Shown here: piece by piece, positions 27,151 through 37,954 of the stretch
Position numbering within the stretch: the first letter of the stretch is position 1
Layout: each line of letters opens with the position of its first letter
Program-made: the position numbers and the translations under genes
Notes under the pieces: generated by a model
The model's input: only the letters and a program-made list of their open reading frames with translations
What the model was told of the DNA's origin: nothing
The model's database searches: none
Assembly (NCBI RefSeq): GCF_009914755.1
Contig: NC_060931.1
DNA: 64,000 bases
Origin: the human T2T-CHM13v2.0 reference genome, Homo sapiens
Direction: 5' to 3' (one strand)

Positions 27151-28170
27151 GAGATGTAGTATAGAGAAGTTTAAGCAAATATTTTTGTTTTAGAAATGAA
27201 AACAAATGGCAGAAAATAGCAACTCTAATGAAATATCTCAAAATAATGGCTAATGCAAACTTAGAAGTTTTTTCCTATTAATACATGCATAAGTAAGTTT
27301 ATTGATCTAATTAATTAATGGGAATTTTAAGCCACAAACAATCATTTTTGGTATTTAGTGGGAACATTTTAGGGTGTGAGAATTTGTCATTTCTACTGAT
27401 TAGAATGTATAGTTATCTGCAGTTTTATAGATCTAGTCAACTTAGCTTTTAGGGTAGTTTTAAAAATTATGTAATGTACAGCATATCCCAAACTGGGTAC
27501 CAACTGGATCTGTCATAAAAGAGACCATTTACCAGCAAATAATTATCTGCAATGTTGAGGAAAAGTGTAAGAAAATGAGGATAGATGTCTCATATTAGAA
27601 TAATGAAAGTTTTCAACTAGAAATTACCACTTGATTTTGGGGGGCAGCATAAGAACAAAGTAAGAAAGTAGACAGTGCCACCATCAGTTCATGCTGTGCT
27701 CTGAAAAGGAATACCCAAATTTCTAACACCTTCTTTTTCACATGTCAGCTGTTTAAGAATGAGGATTGAAGTCTTTTACTTACAATGATTTTGCTGTTGT
27801 AAATTAATGACCAAAGTGATCTATTATTCAGTTGCTCAACTGCTGCTTTATTTCTGTTGATCTTTGTTTTTCTGCTTAATTTCTATAAATTACTGTACAG
27901 TTTCCCATAAGGTATAATTAAGCAGAATTGCTTAAGTTTTAATTATTGTGTATTATAGATGTTGAAAGCAACATTAGCACTTGGCTTTTAAAAATGTGAT
28001 CGTATATTTATAAGAGAGCATTTATAAACACATTTACATATAGTTAAGATGAAAAAGGTATTTGAATTGCAGTCATTAGCATTTCTTCAAACATATGGCA
28101 GAGCAGCGGAGGCCATGGGCCATGCCTTCATTAACTGAACACTGTTTCATCAGTGTTTCAGCTTCCTGCT

Positions 28171-28184
28171 GTGCCACCCTGTGG
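28171..28184 (-). promoter_or_regulatory. Candidate CTCF core motif
   Basis: Minus strand CCACAGGGTGGCAC vs consensus CC(A/G)(C/G)nAG(G/A)(G/T)GGC(A/G)(C/G); one tolerated deviation; motif only, no binding data. Confidence 0.5.
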
Positions 28185-29659
28185 CGTCCCCTTCTGTCCC
28201 TGAGGTTTCAGTAACAAGGGACAATATGTCCCCAAGGTGAAAATCTGGAAAATATAGCAGATTAGCCCTTAGAGGAGTTCTTATGATTATTTAATCATAC
28301 TTAGAGAAGAAACACACAGCACTGTTAAACCAGTTTTAATGTTTTCTTGTCAGTTTCCATTTCTCAGTTGCTGTAGCCGGGTTTGTCTGCAATGCACAGT
28401 GAACATAAGCGAGGTGAAATGGGACACCTTTATGCTGCCATCGTAAGGCCGATTTGTTACACATTTGCTGGCATAATGGTCGAGGCCGACATAGGTACTT
28501 ACAAATATCTTAGGTTAATTATAATTTGTTGATTATAATGTTATCAGATAATAGATCAGCAGGAAACTTTCTTTAATGATGTCACATATGATAATTTTAC
28601 CGTATTCCCTTTTAAAAAATAAACAAGAAAAATGAGTAAGAACATTGTCTTATAAGTAGCATGGCCATGTTTTAATTGTATCCTTCTCTGGTACATGAAG
28701 ATTATTAAATCTTGGCGACAAAGGCATATGTCTCAAGATGTTAGTCACCTTTATGTTAGTTACATCTGCTAAATACCTCACATTAATATAGAAATAGTAC
28801 CTATAGTATCGCTGTAATTATATATATGTAAACATTTTTATTAGCTTTTTAGTCTGAGATTAAAATTGTTAATAATAAACTCCTGTGATACCTGAAAAAG
28901 ATGTATTTAAACATGAACATTTTTGGTCAAATTTTATATAATTAAGTAATTGTCATTAGTTTCTAATAATTGAGATGTGAAATCTTAGAAAAATCTTCAA
29001 AGCAGATAAACTAACCAAATATATGATATCTATTTCTCTTTGCTGAATGACTATGGATATTACACTTGGGAGATTCTTGGAAAAATTAAAATAATATCAA
29101 TAAATGGAATAATTCAGAGGTATTCCAATGGTTGGAGCCATTAAAACAAGAAAAAGAGAAAACGTATTGATTATTTGACTATGTAGGTTTTTTTAAAACA
29201 AGAATTACTACTATATCTAATATTAAATTCAGGAAACTTTTTAGTTCATTTTAATTAATAGTCCCATCAATTGTATATACAGTATATGCAGAACCTCAAT
29301 GAAATAATAATGTCTTATAGGAAATTATCACATTCTTAAAGGAATTATTAAGTGCTGTTGTTTTGACCTTTTCCTTTTTCTTATACACACTAGCAAATTC
29401 GCAATTTTTTTTTTTCTGAATTGTCCTTCAATTTGTAAAATCACTTCCTTACTGTTATGGTCATTGCTCGTATTTAATTTATTTTTTAAGGTAACCACGT
29501 TAAGCATTCTGTGTAAGAAACAAAAGAGACAAAAGATATAATCATTTTCTTCAATGAGGTATGTTTTTGTATAAACGAAATATGTATTTGTTGATAGAAG
29601 TCAGGCTCTAAAATTACTACTCTGCCTTTCCTTCCACAGATGACTTTTGTGCTTTCTTG

Positions 29660-29895
29660 TCTCTAGCATAAGAGTTAGAACACAGACTCTAGAGCCAAAC
29701 CATCTCAGCTTGTAACCCAACTCCACCACAAAGCAGCTCAAAGACCTTGAGAAAGTTTTTTTAAGTTCTTTGTGCCTCAGTTTTCTCACAGAAACAACAT
29801 AAGCTCCTACCTCAGTGGTTTGTTCAGATGATTAAATAAGTTAACTTATGTAAAGTGCCCAGAAGAGTTCTTGAAAATAGTAAACATTTCATTAT
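29660..29895 (+). mobile_element. MIR, near full length
   Basis: gaacacagactctagagcca...tgtgcctcagttttctca...cctacctca...gattaaataagttaac..atgtaaagtgc. Confidence 0.85.
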
Positions 29896-30012
29896 TAAAG
29901 ACCCTTCTCCCATTAAAAAAATTTAAAAATTTCATATCCTTTCCTCCTCTAGTGTCCCCACTATGCATCCTAGTTTTGACCCCATATTCTTCCTCCTTTT
30001 CAAAAGCAAAAG

Positions 30013-30062
30013 TTTTTTTTTTAATTTTATTATTATTATACTTTAAGTTTTAGGGCACATGT
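30013..30062 (-). mobile_element. Extreme 3' tip of a young L1PA with tail
   Basis: ttttattattattatactttaagttttagggcacatgt = reverse of L1PA terminus. Confidence 0.75.
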
Positions 30063-31921
30063 AAAAAAGAAGATTAGTACAATTACATTAACATTTTCAT
30101 AACATGAAAAATAAAATTATCTTGAAAAAGAAAAATAAAAAGTTTTGACACATGCCACTTAGTGGCTACAGGCAGCATAAAGGAAAGGGAATGTAGAGAG
30201 AAAAGTATAGTAATGGACCATTTTCAGCAATAACAAAATTTGTAATATAGGACCAAGTAATAAGGGTGACTTTAGACTCATCAGATGAGAACTTCATAAA
30301 AGTCAACTTTTTTTCACAGCACACTCCCAGTCTTTTCATTGCTATAAACTGATCATTGTTGGTATAATTGAGGGTACAGTTACTAGTACTAAGAGACTGC
30401 TCTGTCTGCATATACTAGACAAATATAGGGACAACGAAAATATAAACAACCTTATGATATTGTAAACTACCAGAATTCAAAAAATAAGATCAAGGGCATT
30501 GTTAATATTTACCAGAATATGTTTCAATAAAACATTAATTAAATGGGATATATATCTTTGTATGATGGATTAGTAAAATATGGTGTCAAATCATATAAAT
30601 ATATTTGCTTTGGGGAATTCCCTTTTGGACCCTTTTATTTTTTATCATCTCAAAGCATATCACAAGTCCCCAGAAATATGCCATGCTAATATTGCCAACT
30701 GAGTTTTTCCAAGCAAAGATGACATCAGCCATCTGTCACACAGTACTAATGCTGAGAAGCAAAGCCAACTATAGAGAAAATAAATACCTTTCATATTGAT
30801 TAGCCAAATATTTATGTTGAGAATGAAATGATTAAAATCTCACTATTCAAGCTAATTACTGTAAGTGAATATTTGCCTCCAAGTGAATGACATACCAGCA
30901 GTGTATTTTCTTTATTGCTTTCCTAAAACCAAATTTCATTGTGAACCTGTGTGCTGCATGAGGGGCTTGTGCTAGACTTTGCAAGGTGTTGCAATACACT
31001 GCCATAGCGATCTTTCAGCCTGCAGGTGTATCTCCTGCTGCCTTGGTAGATTTGATATACACTGTGCTGCACTGGTTTCCAGATGGCTGCACTCTTGTTC
31101 TATTTTAAGTTACTCTGTCTCTTAAAGTCTGTTACACTGGAGCCGGTCATTGCAGGGTCAAACAATCGGTGTTTGCTAACTTTGACTTGATGCTGAAACA
31201 TCTATTTTTTCTGGAAGTGTTTAAAGATTGGCTAAATAGCTACCTGGCTTGATCACAGTAGATGATTACATTGTTTCCTAAATCAGGTAGCCCTATTCGG
31301 AGACATGAGAAGTTTTTCCAAATTCAGTCACGGCTATTGTGGTTACACTGAGTCATTCCATGTCAATAGGAGAGATGTTGGCTGAACTTGCTATGTCAGC
31401 TGTTTTAGAATACAGATCTATATATAATCAGAGGACTGAATTTTTTCTACATTATAGCTAGGTCTATAGAACAACGAGCTATTTTATAATAGTGTTGTAT
31501 ATTTTCTTTCTGGGAAAGAAGTGAAATTTAGAGGTTTATAATTTGATTAAGCAGTAAAAGGTGCTTTGAGCCCTCTTCCAGGTGACTTAAAGGTCATAGT
31601 ATAGAATGCTTCTGTAAACTCAGGCATTTCCATTTAGTTTGGCTTGGTGCAGCATACTTTTCTAAAATAAATGAAACATGATGATACAAAAATATTTTGG
31701 GCAAGTCTGCAGCTTTATATAGTAACCAAAGTCAAAGGGTTATGTAAGCAATCTAAAAGATCAATTACACTTAAATCACTCTAGATGGCTATTCTGTGGG
31801 GTTTCCAAGGGAGCCCAAAATACAATTGAAATGAATAAACACATTTTATCTGTTGTTTCTTTCTAAATATCAAATTATCCAGACGTATAAAAAAGTGTGA
31901 GCAAATGGATTACCCTTTTAG

Positions 31922-32285
<364 letters not shown>

Positions 32286-32943
32286 TCAGTTTAACAAAAT
32301 ATCATACCACTTTGCCTAGCAGGATACTAATTCTTTTCGTAGCTATGACATTAATCTATCCTAGAACACATCTTCAAACTATGCAATTTTCAGTTATATT
32401 ATTCTACAATGTTTGTTACAACAAAATAATACATATTTCTGAACCAATTGAGAAAGAAAGTGATATCACAATGGGGGACCATTATTATCATTACAGAATG
32501 TGGCTTTTCTATATTGAGCCATCGCACTAGGCAAATCCACCTATGTAGTCATGTGAGTATGACCATAGCAGATTTCCCCACATCCTGCTCTGTTATTCAG
32601 AGAAGAGAATCGGCCCTTGCTGTGCAATAGGTAAAGGGGCTACTGCTGTGAGTCAACAAACTTCAAAGATGGAAAGTGGAAGTGGTCTGGCAAGCCAACC
32701 AATTTATTCTCCAGAAAACTTTTATTACATCCCCTAATGTGGAATGAGTAAATAGGAGGCAAAAGAGGGTCCCACAATTTGAGCACTTTTACATAGAAGC
32801 AAGGAGCAAAACTGGCCAATAAGCATTTGCTCCTGACATAAAGCTTTTTTTAAAAAAAATAATTTATTCTTCCTTTAATTAACTAGTATAAAATTTGATG
32901 TGTTTATTTTCTTCTCCTTCTCCAGGCAAATATAAATTTATAT

Positions 32944-33400
32944 TGTAGCAGCTATCTTTTGCTGCATAATAAACTACACCAAAACTTTGCTGCTTAAATA
33001 AATAACCATTTCTATGTTCATAATTCTATGGATTAGCAATTTGGGTAGGAATTGTCTGGGTTAACTCCTCTGTGTATCACGTGATGCTGGATGGCCTCAG
33101 TCATGCATTTTTTGATTAGTTGTAACAGCACCTTGAGCCTGATTGTCCTGGATAGCCTCCTGCACATGCCTGGTAAAGCTCTGGGGGCTGTTGGTCAGGT
33201 GACCTTGGTTCTCCACCACCTGATTTCTCATAGGCCAAAAGTTGTAATAGGCATCTTTCCATGATGATGGAAGCACTCTAAGAAGGTGAAAACAGAAGCT
33301 GCAAAGTCTGTAGGGCCCAATCTTAGAAGTCACATTCTATTATTATGAATTTTATTAGTTATAGGAAGTCACAAAAATCAAGGAATTCGGTGAGAGCCAT
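32944..33400 (-). mobile_element. MLT1 (MaLR) solo LTR
   Basis: tgtagcagctatcttttgctgcataataaactacaccaaaactttgctgcttaaa = reverse MLT1 3' end. Confidence 0.75.
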
Positions 33401-33469
33401 TATAAAAATTTACTGTTCAAATAAATATAAGTAATATAAATGTAAATACACACACACACAGAGAAAGAT

Positions 33470-33715
33470 TGGTATACCATTTAAGATTTGAGATTGCAGA
33501 CTCTGAAGACACCCTGACAAAGCTTGTGTTTTAGCTCTGATGGTTACTTGATGTATCATATCTTAGACAAGTTATTTAACTTCTCTGTTTTTCAGTATTA
33601 TTATCAGTAAAGCGATAATAAGAATAGCTATACTGTAGGTTTGTTTTAAGCATAAATAATTAAGGCATGTAAGATTGAGATCAGTACCTAGCATATTGAA
33701 ATTCATAATAATATC
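33470..33715 (+). mobile_element. MIR
   Basis: cttagacaagttatttaacttctctgtttttcagt...cagtacctagcata. Confidence 0.75.
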
Positions 33716-34299
33716 TTTTTTGGATACTTTCAGATATATAAAAAAGGGAATCTTACTGAAGACATTTCTCTAAAACTTGCATTTTTGTCTTAGCAAAATG
33801 TAAAGATCAACCCTTACAGTGAAAATATGTTAATCTAACTGTTTTAATGGGCACCTGGTGATCCAGACAAGAAATCTAAACATGGAAGGAGGTACCCAAC
33901 AATTTTTCTTACTCCCTTTATTTTGAATCCAGGTTTGTGGCTTGCTTCTCTATGTAGAATGTGGTTAATTTCACTTTAAGTCAGAGATGAATTTTCATTT
34001 TATAGCCCAGAATTAACATTTTCTAAAGGTACTGCTTCTGAAAGAAAGAAAATGATGAGCTTTGGAAGCCATCAGTCTCTCTTATAAAAGGACAGCCAAT
34101 AATGAGAGAAGGGAATCAGGTAGATAATATAAGAGCTATAGATGAACCAAAGTAAGCTATGCTAATAAAAAGCATAAGCCCCTGGTAAAGGAACTCATAA
34201 GTCTACCCTGAGCATTCTTCTACCCAGGTACCAGGAGCCTCACCATTAACAGATAATCTGGACCAATTCAACTTTCAAATATAAAAAGCAAGTTTCAAA

Positions 34300-35300
34300 T
34301 ATAAAACTGTAGCATCCATGTAACAATTATTAAAGGAAGAGACAATAATAATAAAATAAATTGGCAGTTGCAATCATATCATGAAGGAAAAGGGAGCAAA
34401 AAAAATTCAACATGAGTTAAAATAAATTGATAAGAATTACAAATGTGAAAGAAATTTATTAAATAAAAATATAAATGAAAAGCAAAGACCAGATAGACAA
34501 GTAAGCAGAAAATGAGAAACAAGAAACTATAAAACTCTTGAAAGAAACGACTGCATAATACATTGTAGAATATAGAATTTTCTGAGCAAAGGTTAAGTAA
34601 GTTATAGTAAGGAACATAGAAAAGCAAATTGAAACAAGCCAAAATAAAAAGAGAAGTATAAAGAGAAAATATAAATAAAATGACCCACTAAATATAACAT
34701 TTACTTTTTTCCTGAGTTAGAATATTTGTTTTCATAAATAAGAAAATTAAAACAGTAAAACAGAAGTAACAGTTAACATTAAAAACAAAAACAGACCCAA
34801 AAAACCTGAAAAAGCAAACAGACTAAAAAAGTCACTAAAAAAGTCACTAAACTCTCTGCTGATTGAACTGATCAATTCTGCATAGATGTATGGTATAAGT
34901 TATACTTGAAAAATTGACCTGGTCAACTTGAGAAATAGTTCAGTAAAATTAGAGTTTGAAGAAAAAGAAAAATCTCCCATGCTTTTAAACATAAAGAGTA
35001 AGTCACTTATAAAGCAAGAAAATAATATTTGACATCAAACATTTCTGTAGCAAAATCGAGTTTCAGCAAAGAGTGAAGCACTGGTTTTTTTTTTAAAGAT
35101 ATTCAAGAAAAAAAAAAAGTATAGTACCAGGATTTTATACCCAACCAAACTATCACTTCAGTGGTCAGGTGTACACATACACATGACTGTTGAACATGTA
35201 CCTTTCAAGGAAAATTTTATGCATGAGTATTCTTGAAAAATTTACAAATGACTTCACAATAAAAAGATGATTGGAAAATTTTACAAAAGACTGGTGGTCT
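34300..35300 (+). mobile_element. Ancient L1ME/HAL1 ORF1-like relic
   Basis: A-rich; ccaggattttatacccaaccaaactatca resembles the ORF1p C-terminal RILYPAKL motif. Confidence 0.55.
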
Positions 35301-35930
35301 TTTAATTATTAATTACATTTAAAAATAAATGTATTAGTGAACAGTGTTGGCATAAGGATGAGAAGCTATTATTTTTATGCTGTTGACTTCTTAATGTTAA
35401 ATTATTAAGATAAACCTCTAAAAGAATGTCTGTATATCTTTCAGATGTATGAAAATGAAGAGGTTTTTTAGATATATATGAATTAATGGAGCATGTATGC
35501 ACATTTAGAGTATGTATTACATATTTTAAAATATTTTATAAGTAATTACAAAAATTGTCAAAAAAAATCTTTTAAAATAGAAATATAATATTTGGTTTTT
35601 ATGCCAAATAGGCTAAAAGATTTATAAGTTGCTAAAAATCAACACTGTCAGAGATCTATAGCAATTAAATTCTAAAAGGCTGTGGTGAAATCCTCTTCTC
35701 TATACAATTTCAAAGAAAGAAAACTATTAAAATGAGAGAAAAGTGGGAGAGAGAGTTTATATTTCTCATAAAAGCCATACAGTACAGCAATATAGAATAG
35801 ACTAATAACATAATTATTAATTTACCTACTTAAAAAAATTTGACATATTTTATTTAAATAAATTATCTTTTCAATTAATCTAGTTAAATTCCAGTGTCTC
35901 ACACAGAATAGAGTTCTGATATGTTTTTAA

Positions 35931-36301
35931 TTTTTTTTGTTGTTGTTGTTGTTGAGACGGAGTCTCGCTCCTGGGAGGCGGAGGTTGCAGTGAGCTGAGA
36001 TCACGCCACTGGACTCCAGCCAGGGCGACAAGAGCAAAACTCTGTCTCAAAAAAAAAAAAGAATTTACTCTTAACATAGTATAAACCTCCGCCTCCCGGG
36101 TTCACGCCATTCTCCTTCCTCAGCCTCCCAAGTGGCTGGGACTACAGCACACGCCACCACGCCGGCTAATTTTTTGTATTTTTAGTAGAGACGGGGCTCC
36201 ACCGTGTTAGCCAGGGTGGTCTCGATCTCCTGACCTCGTGATCCGCCCACCTCGGCCTCCCAAAGTGCTGGGATTACAGGCGTGAGCTACTGTGCCAGGC
36301 C
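35931..36301 (-). mobile_element. AluY host with rearranged right arm
   Basis: (GTT)n tail, gagacggagtctcgctc, resumes ~36084; Y diagnostics; imperfect TSD tgttttt..attttt 35922-35935 / 36302-36316. Confidence 0.9.
35971..36060 (+). mobile_element. AluSq/Sp-type 3' end nested in opposite orientation
   Basis: ctgggaggcggaggttgcagtgag...gacaagagcaaaactctgtctc + A12. Confidence 0.9.
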
Positions 36302-37096
36302 TGTTTTTTGATTTTTAAAATATGACTCTCAATAGCTAATAAAAATATCTGAACAGTTCTGTATGCCTTTCAGATCCAATATTACTAGGCTATGGTACTT
36401 ACGTATTCTTAAAGTGAGTATTTAGGACTTTTTCTTTTGCCTTTTCTTTGACTTTGGCTTTTCTTCCTTGATATTCTGAATCTGACTTCAAGAACTGAAA
36501 GCCAAGGTAGCAGGCAATGTATTGTCTTATCTAACTTTTACTATTTCGTAAAAGAAAGCAAACATTTTTGCCTGCAAATAAAAACTTTTTCTGTAATTAA
36601 TCTCAAATAATAATTACAAAGTCCTTACACAAGGAATTATTATGCACAACACATTCCTTTGAAAGAAGTGAATGCATAAAATAGAAAAATCGTGTCTTAT
36701 GAATTTTTCATTGATCTCTAAAGACAGAGAAATTTATACTAAACTAAGCCTTGGGACACTGAACTAGTCTTCCAGGTACCAAGATAACAGAGTCCCAGGC
36801 ATTTAGTTTCATAAGAAGAGGAAGAAAAAGCTTGGAAAAGCCAGATATTTTTTACATAGCATATCTTTGTCAACAATGTTTTAAGCCAGTTACTGGATTA
36901 TGATCTGTTTGTCAATTATTTATATTACAGGTAACTGTAAAATAAACAGTTTATCTTTCTTGGTTAAAATGATTGCTACATATTTTAAATATTATAAGTG
37001 GCCAGGCTTTGAATCCAGGTTCTCATTGACGACCTAAAGATAATTACACTACATACCCTCATGGTGATTCTGCTTCCACATCCAAAAAATAGCGAT

Positions 37097-37952
37097 AATT
37101 TATTCATTTATTCAATACATTTTTATAGATTATTACATCTGCCAAGATAGGTTGGGTTATGCCATGGTCAGATAAACTCCCTTTCAGTGGCTGCATACCA
37201 GAAATTTACTTTCCTGTTGTAAAAATCCATTCTAGGTCTGGGCAGCTCTCCATAACAGTTGTCCTCCAAATGTACACTCAGCATTGCAGGCTGCTTCAAT
37301 TGTTTGGCACCGCCATATGAACATGAGATTCCAAGATTTTCACACAAGGGGGAAGTGATGGCTGAAAATTTGAGTCAACAATTAGATTCAAGTATCTATA
37401 AGTAACATGCAGCATTTTCTCTCCCATTTCTTGAAAAAGTGTGCTATATGTCCACATCTAACTTTAGAATGTTAGGAAAGAACATTGTGTCCAAATAAAT
37501 TGGCTCTCATTGAGCAGTAAAAGTGCTTACCCAGTCACCATCAAAGTGTCAAGCATTATTCCTAATTGAGCAATTAAAGCAGTAAGCAGAAAATTCCAAC
37601 TTTCTGGACTTCATGGATCTTAAACTGCAGTGATGGTGATAAGGTGGGTATAGAGACAACAAAAAGGCAGGAAATATATAATACATCATAGAGTGGTAGG
37701 TGTTGTTAGGAAAACGGGAATTAGGCTAACTGGAATAGTACATAAAATGATGAAGGTGGCAATAGTTGCTTATGATTTTTTAAAAAATATATTTGGAAAG
37801 TGTAGAATATTGTACTGATAAGATGATATTTGAGTAGAAACCTAAAGGAAGTGAGGCAGAAAACTACAGATATTTGGAAGAGGGAACAGCGAATGTGAAG
37901 GTCATGAGTCAGGTAAGGGTGTAGCTTAGCATATCAAGAGGCAAGTAGATGA
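37097..37952 (-). mobile_element. L2 3' portion (left half), interrupted by MLT1
   Basis: tttattcatttattcaatacattt start; gatgatatttgagtagaaacctaaagga; agagggaacagc. Confidence 0.75.
37139..37540 (-). mobile_element. MLT1 (J/K/L-like) LTR nested in L2
   Basis: gataggttgggttatgccatggtcagataaactccc..tcagtggct..aaatttacttt. Confidence 0.6.
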
Positions 37953-37954
37953 GT

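Noticed and set aside
34823-34851. 12-bp tandem duplication (also a 13-bp one near 10026-10051)
   Set aside because: Ordinary slippage duplications.
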